From the IMG/VR virus record IMGVR_UViG_3300022939_000006: a stretch of DNA of 64,000 bases; one strand, 5' to 3'. Under the pieces are notes generated by a model. That model searched no databases, was not told the DNA's origin, and worked only from the letters and a program-made list of their open reading frames with translations. The DNA comes from an uncultured virus (IMG/VR IMGVR_UViG_3300022939_000006). Its lineage: Duplodnaviria > Heunggongvirae > Uroviricota > Caudoviricetes. The translations under genes were made by a program, and so were the position numbers. Of the stretch, positions 19,501 through 27,514 are shown one piece after another. Numbering within the stretch: position 1 is the stretch's first letter; each line of letters starts with the position of its first letter.

Positions 19501-22410
19501 AAAACTTCCGTCTGTACTTTCATACTCAAAAATTTCTATTTTGTCACCTTCTATTTTAGGTGCAGTTATTACAGCAAATCCGTCATTGTTAAATGTGTAA
19601 TCTATATCATAAGCTAATTGTTGTCCGTTTTTATAAATTAGTACAGATTTATTTGACATTTTTGATAAATCAAATACTTCACTTAAACTAAAAAAGTTAT
19701 TTTCTTCATCGTATACTGTAAACTCTAATCTTTTATAACCTTGGTAAGGAATCATGTCACTAAAATAAAAAGGATCATTAGTAGTTTTTGTTTTGAATGC
19801 TTCCTTTAGTATTCTATCAACATGTTGTCTAACAGGTCCTTCATAACCTAATGTGTCAGCAATTTGTATAAAAGATCTTTTAAATGTTCTATATTCTTTT
19901 CTAGCAAAGTCTATAGCTTTTACTATGTTGCCGCCTTGTGTTGTAATATGGTAAAAAGGTAATACAGCAGGGCCTGCATGTTGTAAGAATTTTTTACCAA
20001 ATTGGTTAACATCTCCTAAGTCACCTAAGTTACTGTTACCGGGAAACTCTCCTTTAAAATCTTTTAAGTCTTCTATCATGCCAAAAACATGATCGTTAAT
20101 TTCGCCTAAAGTAAATGTTGATAAATCTTTATTTGCACTATTTCTTTCTAGTCCAAACGGAAATTCGTAATGTCCGTTTTGATTTTTAGATGTAGCACTA
20201 TGAGTTTTAATAATAACTTTTGCTTCGCCTTCAATAGGTGTGTCGAAAGTTACAATAGCTTTTTCATTTTGTTTTGACAAACTCCAGTCATATCTATACT
20301 TGTTGTCTACTAATACAGAAATATCTAAGTCTGTTAAAAGACCGCTTTTATCATAAACATCTATCTCAAATGCTTGTGCAGTATCTACGATATTATATTG
20401 TGCAACAACTTTTTGCCTTAGGTCATTTTTACCTTTTGTCCAACCATTTTTATATTCAAACGTACTAATATCTGAATACTTACGCAAAAATCCTTCTTTT
20501 GTTTTTTTGCTTACTACATTATTATTTTCTTGGTATGTAAAAGAGTTTGTAACTAGATCAAAATTAAACGTAATATCTCCTACGTTTTCTAATGCTCTGT
20601 AAACTAAAGGAAACCCTAGTTCGACGTCATCGGTGCCTGTACCAACAGCATAAGAAAATAATTTAGTTCCTTCAAATGTTGTTGTGGAATATACAGATGT
20701 ATCACTAAAACTTACACCGTTTTCGTCAAATAAATCAAAATGCGGTTGTTGATTTAATTTTGTTTTTTCCTGTCCTTTAATCCACTTTGTTCCATTATAC
20801 CACCAATGTTTTCCTCCGTTTTCAGTTCCTTTTTTAATTAGAACTACATCATTATTTTGTGGATTTGCATTAGTGTCTTCTATAAGAGCAATTTGTGGCA
20901 CTGTTCTATTATGTGTGATAAACTTAACAAGATATATTTTATTATTAACACGGATATCAGTATCTGCAACAAACAATACACGCATGCCGTCAGTTAAATC
21001 TACTCCGTCAATATTATATCCTACACCGCCTTCAATGTCACTAAACACATCTTTACTTTGTGTGTCAATAATATCAATATCGTATGCTTTCGATTGTGTT
21101 CCAAAATTATTTAATTTTATACCAGCTTCGAATTCTATAATAGGTCTTTTAGCTCTTTGTGATTGGTCAATATCAACTATATTACCATTTAATTCTGCGG
21201 CTTTTTCGATAACACTACGATGGAACCATTTGTTGTTACGTGACCAAGCGTTCCTGTCAGGAGATGCCCTGTTAATTACAATATAATCTTTATTAGCACT
21301 GTAACTAGCCGCATTACCATAAGGCAGTCTATCAAAACTTTGTCCATCAAACGGTATAGGAACATCGTCAGCATACGCAAGATTAATTACTAAATCTTGC
21401 TCGTTTATTAATTTAATTGAACTACCAACACCTTCTACAATATATTCACCTAACGCAAATTTTGCAGGTGTTACATCTCCTGCAAAATTAATTTTCATTC
21501 CGTTTTGTAAATTAAAACCTTTTGCAGTTTTATAAGTTTTTTTACCTAATATTTCTGCTTCTACATCTATTGCTGTTGCTTCGTCTGCATCAGATATTCT
21601 AATTATGCCGCCTGCATTGATATTGTTACTATCTACATAATATAATCTATTAGGTGCATCGTTAGGAACAGTAAAAGTAATTGTTCCTTCTTCTATATTA
21701 TTATTAATTAAAGAATTATCTTCATAGATAAATTCATCATCTAAGTTTCTTTCTGTTCTAATACTGAATTTCATTTCAGGAGTGCTTACCTGAAAATTAT
21801 AAGTTTGTCCTCTGAATAATTCAATAGTTGCATTTTGTTCTAAATTACTATTAAAAACAAATGCAGGACTAATATCATTTTGAACACTGTTAACTAAAAA
21901 AGTAGTTTCTATTTCTGTGCTTTGTCCTACAACTTGTACAGATGCTGGACCGTTTGGTAGCCAAAAGTATTCTCTAAAGTTTACAAGTTTATCCCAATCT
22001 ACATTAGGATTCCAAGAATAATATTCTGCTTGATTAAGTTTACTATGGTTAGTAACATCACTACCAAAATTTCTTAACTGGTTAATATAATCATTATAAT
22101 CTTTGTAATAATTTACATTGTCTAATAAATCTTTATTTACAACTACAGGTTCTAATTGATATGTTTCTCTGTCAGAGTTAATATCTTCTACATAATTGTC
22201 TGCAACACGAAACGCTTTTGCATCACGTCTGCCGTAATAACCATTTAACTTTACTGCAACACCCGGTTGAGTAATTTGATCTAAAGTTCCATCTAAAAAC
22301 TTTTCATTTTTTGGAGTACGAAAATACTTAGGAAGAAAGTCTTTTGTTTTTCTTCCTCTTTTGCCGCCAGCTGGTAACGGGCTTTCATTTTGCTTGTTAT
22401 CGTATGCCAT
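7558..22410 (-). CDS. Giant (4950 aa) multidomain virion/baseplate protein
   Basis: Uninterrupted 14.85-kb ORF coupled to gp6 (TAATG). Contains FG-GAP-like repeats (FG.SV.VS.DG), CBM5/12-like W...Y..GD.V.Y segments, (I/V)..PG.GY repeats and F..DG.T..F repeats. Confidence 0.75.
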   Translation of the reverse strand: MAYDNKQNESPLPAGGKRGRKTKDFLPKYFRTPKNEKFLDGTLDQITQPGVAVKLNGYYGRRDAKAFRVADNYVEDINSDRETYQLEPVVVNKDLLDNVNYYKDYNDYINQLRNFGSDVTNHSKLNQAEYYSWNPNVDWDKLVNFREYFWLPNGPASVQVVGQSTEIETTFLVNSVQNDISPAFVFNSNLEQNATIELFRGQTYNFQVSTPEMKFSIRTERNLDDEFIYEDNSLINNNIEEGTITFTVPNDAPNRLYYVDSNNINAGGIIRISDADEATAIDVEAEILGKKTYKTAKGFNLQNGMKINFAGDVTPAKFALGEYIVEGVGSSIKLINEQDLVINLAYADDVPIPFDGQSFDRLPYGNAASYSANKDYIVINRASPDRNAWSRNNKWFHRSVIEKAAELNGNIVDIDQSQRAKRPIIEFEAGIKLNNFGTQSKAYDIDIIDTQSKDVFSDIEGGVGYNIDGVDLTDGMRVLFVADTDIRVNNKIYLVKFITHNRTVPQIALIEDTNANPQNNDVVLIKKGTENGGKHWWYNGTKWIKGQEKTKLNQQPHFDLFDENGVSFSDTSVYSTTTFEGTKLFSYAVGTGTDDVELGFPLVYRALENVGDITFNFDLVTNSFTYQENNNVVSKKTKEGFLRKYSDISTFEYKNGWTKGKNDLRQKVVAQYNIVDTAQAFEIDVYDKSGLLTDLDISVLVDNKYRYDWSLSKQNEKAIVTFDTPIEGEAKVIIKTHSATSKNQNGHYEFPFGLERNSANKDLSTFTLGEINDHVFGMIEDLKDFKGEFPGNSNLGDLGDVNQFGKKFLQHAGPAVLPFYHITTQGGNIVKAIDFARKEYRTFKRSFIQIADTLGYEGPVRQHVDRILKEAFKTKTTNDPFYFSDMIPYQGYKRLEFTVYDEENNFFSLSEVFDLSKMSNKSVLIYKNGQQLAYDIDYTFNNDGFAVITAPKIEGDKIEIFEYESTDGSFVPPTPTKLGLYPKFLPRIEIDNSYRTPTTVIIGHDGSKTVGYNDFRDNLLLELERRIYNNCKVNYDTTKLDINDFVPSKDRDTKFTKKQIDNILLKDFVKWSESLGGVDYTTNNSFLETDSFTYNYSDMTGPGKIRIDGFWRNVYKEAYDTDTPHTTPWEMLGFSIKPKWWEKKYGPAPYTSDNLILWEDLEAGKIAEPGKPVIYNEKYVRQDLSKHIPVDVDGNLISPLASGYAKDYVQSYARKGFKFGDQSPAETAWRRSGEYPFSIVKAWLLSQPSKVMGLGWDISAVKRNLAGQWVYRNTNKPVAIENLEFSNLYGDVTRVYTSGFVDYVVNYVLKNSEITNNQYEAELKGLKLQLGIKLGAFTDKNKLRFILDSRTPFNKGNVFLPFENYTVALNRSSPTSIVSYSGVIIEKQSYGYVIRGYNKLDPLFYYTPAKQRVDDPNINVGGVSESFVEWDTDKKYTIDSYVRYENTFYKVVEEHTSTTVFDPSKYTKIPTIPTRGGVTAQFRTAFDTDVETLPYGHVFNTTQEVVDFLLGYGNYLETQGFTFDYYNQESQTVEDWKLSTKEFMYWTTQGWAPGTVLTLSPSANQITFKKEYNVVDDLQNKFYENKMQNAGGEQLKGEFTRLARSGNDFNITLVNTADGVYFVELPLVQIEHVALLDNTSVFGDVIYDPVTGYRQERIRVLGYVSDGWDGSLNIPGFVYDKAEVSDWEQYKDYAIGDTVLYKEFYYTAKNTVPGTEKFVANKWNKLDSKPTPKLLTNFDYRVNQFTDFYELESDNFDVEQQKLAQHLTGYQKRQYLENIINDDVSQFKFYQGFIQDKGTRNSIDKLFDSLASANKESVDFNEEWAIKTGSYGATDNYDEIEWQLDENQFKVEPQTIELVDNVPVGKTDLVYRIPNYDVFLKPTGYDTNKLPTKYNDDFFVKTVGYVTGQDVNRAVTTKDGILDFNITDIDKHAYIWVATNNQTWDVLQHTESSLRIVGFNNNNSVITITLNETVRDISVGDIFGITNMNTTTYTNMDGFYKATKVYNNIIEFTTTKDDYSNYDDANPQGTISFFTSQREADLQSANDNVTSSLKQNEIIWVDNDDNNKWTVLKNNKVYNEHQKILSSIELDSSFHGFGHSISVNESNTVMAVGIPYKGNGQVHIYKRASDSTNFVLDQILDAPISVIGNTSVAPQFGESVAVSPDGLYVVVGSPKASSVYSFYQGEFNPSRAYNKRQIVKYGPNLFEAIQAIDPSTSAIEFSSFDSFVNIVSQSDSSLVNLLQAGDYKLNNQQTSHVLVRAPYTAYNASAVGDTLVLNWNNFSYVHPEGYNVDVQPFNGEFPAITDGVISDQHTIQKKVDNVLVVQNYVNLPSVGETISSAVASGEIVHVANNIETLTIYVSNVNGTFEQSGTLFVGNLRIGDFSEDFQDNTNVLGGYWWIDTPTYTTSNDSSNVFTDPGHGLVYVDILTAASGRTTPNFYYNITPTEVTAQNNQTQLLLPVTLNEQASFMETLTYEGDPNNNFAVYPSPLWTVRGPATFTSTLSNGDKFYMDVDVINTDFTDTAIDRTLINKEHTVSDLWDGYIDFEFTQFQNVGGQQLPFELVIGDTVRDSVTGAEAEVAFYKRQFNDVRIYVKNVTGTWSVGDNFGTTANILRIRANARPIGEIKQVSIAGSLVGKIIVIEEDSNFANVAQSQLTNFEYFFYDVDTLQGIPRDPNIPSSNNNDWNLVNNLIVKDGPGTTVSGLTEEGMFTVYDISNTGQYQVYNSYTVPERQNYKRLGDEISFSKDGGIYRISVASNGNNTSNNAGSIHFIKHGTDTDANTFDFTLDINPLFRGEFDSQTFYKQNEIVEYLGKPYQALRNIASGSAFIQADWTALDIGISHVGYIPNTPLNAFVGEETFDPEFGIRDFAKSFDQTPDGSVMIVSSRIQGNDSTGERIVNVYRQLPGGQYILSQSIEAPYVDLSTGNLSGFGDAVSISTDGEMIAISETFNDNIKRDQGVVYVYTLQNQQFVLNQTLKSPNNEQTEHFGAYINFDGNQLAVTSLNGDIEIPNTFDNDTTTFDDGFTKFKKASNIDAGVIFMYERINKSLIYSEQFIFDDPNAIQFGKNLLVKQNHVYTAIPEMTDLATYQGIIVDFRKPIGSKAWNTHRSPIDQIDIPNIKNLFLYNTETNTLVQSLDFIDPVQGKIAGPAEQEISYKTYYDPATYSIGDDTVVVDEQNSWGADHVGQLWWDIGAVKYYNYYQNDIQYQTNYWGKPFPNGIVNVYEWVMTDLLPAEWNEIADTNDGLDRGISGISRYGDEVYSTRLVWDSVAGRSKPKYFYWVANKKVLPSVENRKLTAFAVRQLINDPAGQGYAFAALQSKDRMALFNVKPLLSGNNVALNLSYYTLDNQEQNRHLEYQILTDGIGSSRPNRDIELKWFDSLIGYDRKDRQVPDPRLSAKAKYGINNKPRQSMFVNRTEALKEVIERANGVLIKNIIVDEFDISRLRESDPQPNITSRRYDLAIDTFQDLPFVGVAKRITAELTPTIIDGRIVSVAITNPGRGYIDPSYTETLTSRLGPTVTVNGIGTDAIIETTIDEVGKITSVNIVDPGEGYDSATTLTVRNFTVLVVNDDTVSNKWSLYNYNGSKWNRTVAQRFDTNLFWEYKDWYEDGFNAFTEIKDLIDYSYQLDGLQNNVGDIVKISSVGTGGWLLLEKIDDQQNVDYTVNYAVVGKQNATIQFKSGLYDVENNLTGFDSNTFDTNFYDNQPVTETRIILEVLRDNLFVDNLNDEYNKLFVASLRYAFKEQPNIDWAFKTSFIQAVHNVGDLSQRITFKNDSIESYQDYINEVKPYKTKVRQYVSSYEKVEPTNTTISDFDLPPRYDYIKQKIIPTNTKINNNVITNLPDSIDQYPDKWWKDNVGYEIKEITIGKTGNLYVLPPKVTIEGGGGSGATAKAYLSNSKLSKIEILTPGSGYTSIPDVVLNGSVSDGGEFGSASAVLGNGKVRAMHVITKFDRVSGTPYILEVKKSETFTGTAVTSVFNLKWPMNLNGAKVKVYLNGVESLRSEYTFENYIDKTKTYTREKGRIIFTDAPKLGTVVKVDYELSPNLLTAQDRIEMYYAPTSGMLGKDITQLMEGVDFGGVEVKSFDFKGSGGFEVDGYGTVPYDIYDNTYEDIIVQLDGSTVEFSWDNPLENGVVYNVYKNNVRIDDPNYLHDSSRGANPNAIMRSITGDGQQTTLNLDDLVIPSTNGDVFILRKVTSDGSFKPDSASYDTQLSGGALSYNNAKGIDAAEIIVDGDNFITPMTTTGPEELVPGRIADTVDIQVYHRPDDGASEIISKFWTTDGVNGTFDLGQHPNSIDAVWVKLDNATIKKVDYTIDWVNDTLTFDTIPTAGKVLNIVTMGNSGEKILDIDKFVADGSTNTFVTNAIWTDNATHFANINGVEISSQLYKTDDGLIGIEFNVAPQIGQVVDYGIFYGSNKSYSSTTTHTFVGDGSTTVFDIQTDSIGGLPTQHNTIVSVNDVILQAGYNIEMLIEANEREYFIEDWQYYSNSVKTSEVEVYLNDELLRKAIDYRWNSTANSITLTQGIGVVGDKLEIFLMADGEYAFGYVGTDETSTQRFISTRDKVYFDTAPVLGSTVEVQMFSNHDIQNLTRTKYDFLTRKTLVGGTQAFADYVSLANGIIKLRKEASHAQDVWVFLNGDRLVANVDYRTTDDPYYIKILKNISANDTIEYIEWSQEKLTVKFGFREFKDILNRVHYKRIDDNTKYKLASDLNWFDTKIDLVDATGLNAPSKASKIPGVVFINGERIEYFVKQGNSLRQIRRGTLGTGVNTLLTTGTEVIEQGPSENIPYRDETITQIFTADGVASTYELDFDASAIATQYKQDSGSTKTVAEITADLFEVFVAGRRLRKSAISVYQTDTKDAQGNFVTRFVDQDSPEGDITANAEFTLNGNTIQLAETPTDGQKIVVIRRIGKTWTNLGESLADADNDIANFIRARTTELPN

Positions 22411-25400
22411 TAGTAACCATAACCTCCACCGGAATTACTATTTGTATCTAAGCCGCCTCCTGTTGAGCCGGATGATATAACACTACCTGAAGATGAACTT
22501 TGAACTCCAGTGTTTGCAGTTTCTTGACTTGCGGTTACTACGTTACCTGTTGCTTTTAGTCTGCCTGCTGTAACTGCATCTATAATTTCTACATTATTAA
22601 CTGTTGCACTGTTTACAAAAATTTCATCAGCTTCTGATTTTATTTCAAACAAACTACCAAATGACTGATCGCTTGCATTTGGTACAATTACAATACTAAC
22701 AACGTCTGGAGTAAGTTCATTCATAATAAATGTACTCAATTCAGTAAAGTAAAAACTTTCTCCAAATTCCCAATTATCTAAATTAAAGAATGTGTTAATG
22801 GCACTAATTACTCTTGATTTTATTTCATTGTCATTTACAACTGTATCAGGATTCTTTACTATTTTAAATGTTGCTTGCAAACTTGTCTCAGCTTTCGATC
22901 CAAATAAAGGTTTATATTTTACAGGGTGATAAATTACTTCATCACTTATACTTTTTATCTTATCTAATTCTGTACCATAGCTTTGGAACAATTGATCCGC
23001 ACTTGCAGGAATTGGTTTTTGTGCTATATCTCCTGCTAACCATTGTCTATAAAAAGTATCATAACTTCTTGTTAGCAAATATGTGTCAATAATATTCGAA
23101 GCCGCAGGATCAATTCTTTGATTGTAATCAGCACTGTGTAGGTAACGGAATTTAAGTTTATCTCTACCAATGTAACCTCTATAATCTTCAATAATGTTTA
23201 AATTTTTCTTGGCATTGTCTAGTTTGTAAAATAATGAAGTTGATCTATCAAAAAATAGTTGTCCAGCATTGTATTGACTATATGCACCTATAGCACTTGT
23301 AGAAGCAACAATATTAATGCCTTCTTCTGTAGCGTCTACAAATTTGAAATCCTCAACTTGGTCTGTAGTGATGTATTTTTTAACAAATATATATTTTTCT
23401 GCAGGATTAACAGTTTCTGCAACAATGTCTACAAATCCTTCAGGATTATCCACAACACCGTCATCGTCTACATCAAAAAATCCAATTTCTATTTTTTTAG
23501 TATCAATATAACCTTCTGCATCTCTATATTCTTTAACCACTTCAAAATCATAACTTCTTGTAAGTGGGCTTGTAGTATCCGGTTTTGGATTGATTTCTAA
23601 AACTTCAACTTTATCTTTAATAATTTTTCCTGTCAAATTATCATATGTTTTGTTGGTGCTATCATAAAAGAATTTTATTTCTTTATCACTTTCAAAAACA
23701 TACGTTAATGTACGATAAGTGATATCATATTTTTCACCATCAGTTTTAAAATATAGTAACCAACTTGCATCTAGATTTTGATTGCTTGTATCACCTGATT
23801 TACCTGTGCTAAACGAAGAAACAGTATCTATATTTTGATTTGTAATTAATCGCCAAGTTCTTGTTTCTACATCATATCTTAAACCAAATGTGTTGGTTGC
23901 AAACGCTTGGTCAATAATTTGTGTTTTAACTGCATCAATAATTACGTTTGCTAACTTAGGTTTAACTTCTTGAAGGATTGCATCAGTAGGAATAATATCA
24001 TTTAAAACAATCGGTCCTAATCCGTTGTCTGCTATAATTGTTCCATTACCTGATACACTAATAACTTTTGTCCAAAGATAATCCACTGCACCAGGATGAT
24101 TGCTTTGACCTGCCATCAAAATGTTTTTCTTATTAGTCATAAAATGATAGCCTTGCGGTGCAACAAATTTTAAGAGTGTTCCCGGTTCTACAAATCTTAA
24201 ATTGTTTGCAGTAAATGTATTAACAGGATATGCAAACGCATTTGGGTTACTTGCTTCTGGTTGTTGTGTAAAATAACCTGTTGTTCTGTTTGTATCTGCT
24301 GTGCTTGATACCCATGAAGCGTCTAAATCAGACGTTAAAATTTTTGTAAAGTTTGCAAGATAATAATTTTGTATTTTTCTATCTCTTATAATAGGTTCAA
24401 TTACATTAGTTATTGCACTCTCGATATCAGTTTGTGTAATAAAATCAAAACTTGTTCTTAGATCTTTTGTTTGCTTATAGATAACACCGTCGTTTGCATA
24501 CAAGTTTGTGCTACTGTATTTTCCTGTTGTATCTTTTAGATCAAAATATCTACTTATTCCACTAGCATTTCTGTTAACACTTTTTACTTTTACTATTTCT
24601 TGGCTTATACCTAATGGTGCAACATTATAATCTTCTGCTGTTATCATTCTATTTTGTGTATAAAATGTTGCAGGTGCATTTGCTTTTATACTTGCATTTG
24701 TTTCACTTACACTAGCATTAGATACTGTATTATTTAAACTTGCAGTAATTGTTAACGTTTCAGGTATACCTGTTTTGCTTAGATAGGGAATTAAAATCCT
24801 TATGTTTTGCATTTCTTCAGGTTTAATTGTGTATCTTTGATTTGCGCCTGTTCTATAAACAGCTTTAAATCTTCCTTTTGGCAGATTTCCAAAAACACCA
24901 TCACTAAAAACTAAACTAATCCTATCTTGAATTCTTGTTTTGACAGCAAATAAATTTCTTATATTTTTATTAATACTATTATAAATGACATTGTTACCTT
25001 CAACTGCATCTACTTTAGTCCATTCTGCAACTTCTTGTCCTGTATCGTCTAGCTCAAACAACCAAACATCTTTATCGTTAATGTTGATTGCATCAATATC
25101 AATAATTTGATTTGTAGTTGGATTTGTTACTGCAAACTCTCCTTCGTCGAGTGTTCCTTGTTTAAACTGTAAGAAGAATCCTGTATTAGTACTTGCTGGT
25201 CCTTGATTGTCATCTTTGTACAAACATGCTAGACTGTTACCAACAATAGGAAGTTCTTCAGACACTGTACCAGATTCTAAATCACTACTAACAACTTCAA
25301 ATGGTAGTGTTTGTCCTTGCACTGTAGAACTGTATGTATAGATAGGTCTATCTGTGTTTAGAGCATTAAATCTATATTGATAGTGCGGTATGCTTGCTAC

Positions 25401-25934
25401 TGTTTCAATTTTTAATGGTTTGCCAAATTGATTTTGTCCTCCCAAACAAGCATTCATTACTTTAATAAATTGTTCATACCAATCAGGATTACTTGGATCA
25501 TTCCAATTAATTCTTTGTCCTGCAAGGTTAAAATTATTACTGTCTAGTACATCTTCACTTGTATTAATACTATCAATTTTTAACATGCCAGTCGCTGATT
25601 GATTTCTTTTAGGATTATAAGACAATAGTCTTGCTAGACGTAGTACGCTTTCGCGACGTTCTGCTAATTCAAGGAAGTTTTCTCTAGCATTTAAATCAAC
25701 ACGGAAACTTATATTTTGTCCTAGGAATGCAATTAGATCAATTAGTGCTAGGTATTCTGAACTTTCAATATAATCATTAAAATCCTCAGGATAATTTTGT
25801 CTGAGGTAGTTTATCATTGTTCTGCGTAAATTGTCAAAGTCATAACTTTGAAAATCTGCGTTCTTAAAACTTTGATATATGCGTTTCCAATCTTCGGCAA
25901 CCAATAATCGATTTTGTCTGTCTGTTGATGACAT
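22410..25934 (-). CDS. gp6: Baseplate wedge subunit (T4 gp6-like)
   Basis: N-terminal DF..YDFD.LR..MI.YL...FNDY.ESS...LID..A...EN FL..A.RRESV.RLA..L.YNP; QNRMITAEDY motif; lies next to gp25. Confidence 0.85.
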   Translation of the reverse strand: MSSTDRQNRLLVAEDWKRIYQSFKNADFQSYDFDNLRRTMINYLRQNYPEDFNDYIESSEYLALIDLIAFLGQNISFRVDLNARENFLELAERRESVLRLARLLSYNPKRNQSATGMLKIDSINTSEDVLDSNNFNLAGQRINWNDPSNPDWYEQFIKVMNACLGGQNQFGKPLKIETVASIPHYQYRFNALNTDRPIYTYSSTVQGQTLPFEVVSSDLESGTVSEELPIVGNSLACLYKDDNQGPASTNTGFFLQFKQGTLDEGEFAVTNPTTNQIIDIDAININDKDVWLFELDDTGQEVAEWTKVDAVEGNNVIYNSINKNIRNLFAVKTRIQDRISLVFSDGVFGNLPKGRFKAVYRTGANQRYTIKPEEMQNIRILIPYLSKTGIPETLTITASLNNTVSNASVSETNASIKANAPATFYTQNRMITAEDYNVAPLGISQEIVKVKSVNRNASGISRYFDLKDTTGKYSSTNLYANDGVIYKQTKDLRTSFDFITQTDIESAITNVIEPIIRDRKIQNYYLANFTKILTSDLDASWVSSTADTNRTTGYFTQQPEASNPNAFAYPVNTFTANNLRFVEPGTLLKFVAPQGYHFMTNKKNILMAGQSNHPGAVDYLWTKVISVSGNGTIIADNGLGPIVLNDIIPTDAILQEVKPKLANVIIDAVKTQIIDQAFATNTFGLRYDVETRTWRLITNQNIDTVSSFSTGKSGDTSNQNLDASWLLYFKTDGEKYDITYRTLTYVFESDKEIKFFYDSTNKTYDNLTGKIIKDKVEVLEINPKPDTTSPLTRSYDFEVVKEYRDAEGYIDTKKIEIGFFDVDDDGVVDNPEGFVDIVAETVNPAEKYIFVKKYITTDQVEDFKFVDATEEGINIVASTSAIGAYSQYNAGQLFFDRSTSLFYKLDNAKKNLNIIEDYRGYIGRDKLKFRYLHSADYNQRIDPAASNIIDTYLLTRSYDTFYRQWLAGDIAQKPIPASADQLFQSYGTELDKIKSISDEVIYHPVKYKPLFGSKAETSLQATFKIVKNPDTVVNDNEIKSRVISAINTFFNLDNWEFGESFYFTELSTFIMNELTPDVVSIVIVPNASDQSFGSLFEIKSEADEIFVNSATVNNVEIIDAVTAGRLKATGNVVTASQETANTGVQSSSSGSVISSGSTGGGLDTNSNSGGGYGY

Positions 25935-25958
25935 ATTACATTCCTTAGTTAACTATTG

Positions 25959-25966
25959 TATTTATT
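25959..25966 (-). promoter_or_regulatory. Late promoter (AATAAATA) for the gp6 operon
   Basis: TAAATA core ~25 nt upstream of the gp6 start. Confidence 0.65.
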
Positions 25967-25995
25967 TGAGATTGTAAAGTGCGTATATTATTTTG

Positions 25996-26442
25996 TTAGA
26001 TAAGTCCGTTGTTTTCGTCAAAATCTAGACGCATTTTTTCGGAAATATTGTAGGGCAAATATGTTAGATCAACTTCAATTTGTATTCCACTCTCATATGT
26101 TGATACTGATATGCCATTGACCTGTAATCTAGGGTCATAATTTACTATATTTGTTACATTCTCTGCAATAGCTTTTTTTAAATCATCTGTAAATGGTTCG
26201 TACAAAGCGTCCCATATAATAGTACCAAATTCAGGATTTTCTAATTTTTCACCTTGACGTATATGAAAATGGTTAATCAAGTCCTGTTTGATTAGAGCAA
26301 GATCATAAAGTGTAGTACTTTTTTGTGCAGGATTTACTGTTGAAAGCCCTCTATATGCTTTGCTAGACACAACAGGTTTTGGCCTATTTGTGTTACTATT
26401 AACAGCAATTCTTTTGTATAAATTTTTTTCTATAGTGCTCAT
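25996..26442 (-). CDS. gp25: Baseplate wedge subunit (gp25-like)
   Basis: IKQDLINHF..R.GE...PEFG..IWD.LYEP...I...DPR pattern of the GPW/gp25 family. Confidence 0.88.
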   Translation of the reverse strand: MSTIEKNLYKRIAVNSNTNRPKPVVSSKAYRGLSTVNPAQKSTTLYDLALIKQDLINHFHIRQGEKLENPEFGTIIWDALYEPFTDDLKKAIAENVTNIVNYDPRLQVNGISVSTYESGIQIEVDLTYLPYNISEKMRLDFDENNGLI

Positions 26443-26446
26443 ACTG

Positions 26447-26454
26447 TATTTATT
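26447..26454 (-). promoter_or_regulatory. Late promoter, probably giving a leaderless gp25 mRNA
   Basis: TAAATA-CAGT-ATG with no Shine-Dalgarno. Confidence 0.6.
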
Positions 26455-26752
26455 GTCCTATGTTTACAAAACTTGCGCCGCTTGTTATTTTGTCATTATC
26501 ACATGCATCGTTTTTCCTTGCTACATATGCACCCACGATCTTTACAACTGAACTACTTCCTGCTATAGCCGCAGTGTGGTCTGGGCAAGGTGGATTAGGT
26601 GGTGCAGGATGAGATACTGTCAAGTCGCCTTTTCTACACACAAGTTCTCCTTGTATTTTTACAAATGTTTGACTAGGTGCATCAAGTGTTGTAGTACCTG
26701 TACAACTATGTCCTGTGCTTACTGTATCTCCTTGTCTTGCTACTTCTGGCAT
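26450..26752 (-). CDS. PAAR-domain spike tip protein (gp5.4-like)
   Basis: VARQGD..STGH.C, V.I.G..V.R.GD...H, H...I..GSS.V.I.G..VAR..D...SGA..V.IG. Confidence 0.9.
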   Translation of the reverse strand: MPEVARQGDTVSTGHSCTGTTTLDAPSQTFVKIQGELVCRKGDLTVSHPAPPNPPCPDHTAAIAGSSSVVKIVGAYVARKNDACDNDKITSGASFVNIGQ

Positions 26753-27513
26753 TATACTGTTGTATCCTCTGATCCTGTAGTTGTTACTGCTGTTGATCCA
26801 TCAATTGGAACATCTGCTTCGGCAGGTAAACTCCAGTTTCTTTTTACACTTCTCACATATTGACTGTTGCTGTTAAATCTATAATTTGATACTTTTGCAT
26901 CATTGCCTTGGTTTCCACCTAAAACTTTTATTACACCATTGCTTGTAATTTCTTGAATAAATCCTATGTGTCCTCCGCTACGTGTTTTTGATTTGAATAT
27001 TACAACGTCCCATTTACGTATTTTTCCTGTGTCTCTCCAATCAACTTCGCTACCCCAGTTGTACCATGCTTGACTTGACATTGTAGGATTGACTGGTATT
27101 TGTGCAGTATACAAAGCCCAACTTACAAAAGCCGCACACCATGCGTATGTCATAGCACTACTATCTTGTGTGTACGCATTTCCACAAACTTTGTAACATT
27201 CTAATATCCTAGGATTGCCTGGATTTCCTCTTTCTTTCCAGTCTTGAGTGAGAACATTTTTTAAAAGTGCATCTAATCTTTCATAACCTGGTCCAGATGG
27301 TAATGGTCCTGGAGTAATATTAGGATCAAGCGGAGGTAAATTTGTACTGTTGCTTCCTGTGTAAGCTCTACTACCAGGACCTGTGCTAGGATAATCTCCT
27401 TCTAAATCAAGGTAATCATATCTGTTTGCTTCTAGTAAATCGTTCCAGGCGGCATTATCCTGTATTTGTGCAGGATTTACTACCGGGCTAAAAGGAATAT
27501 ACACTTGACACAT
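26752..27513 (-). CDS. TIGR02594-family (CHAP/NlpC-P60-like) putative peptidoglycan hydrolase
   Basis: NPRILE, AWCAAFVSWAL (Cys), GHIGF (His), VLGGNQ. Confidence 0.8.
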   Translation of the reverse strand: MCQVYIPFSPVVNPAQIQDNAAWNDLLEANRYDYLDLEGDYPSTGPGSRAYTGSNSTNLPPLDPNITPGPLPSGPGYERLDALLKNVLTQDWKERGNPGNPRILECYKVCGNAYTQDSSAMTYAWCAAFVSWALYTAQIPVNPTMSSQAWYNWGSEVDWRDTGKIRKWDVVIFKSKTRSGGHIGFIQEITSNGVIKVLGGNQGNDAKVSNYRFNSNSQYVRSVKRNWSLPAEADVPIDGSTAVTTTGSEDTTV

Positions 27514-27514
27514 T

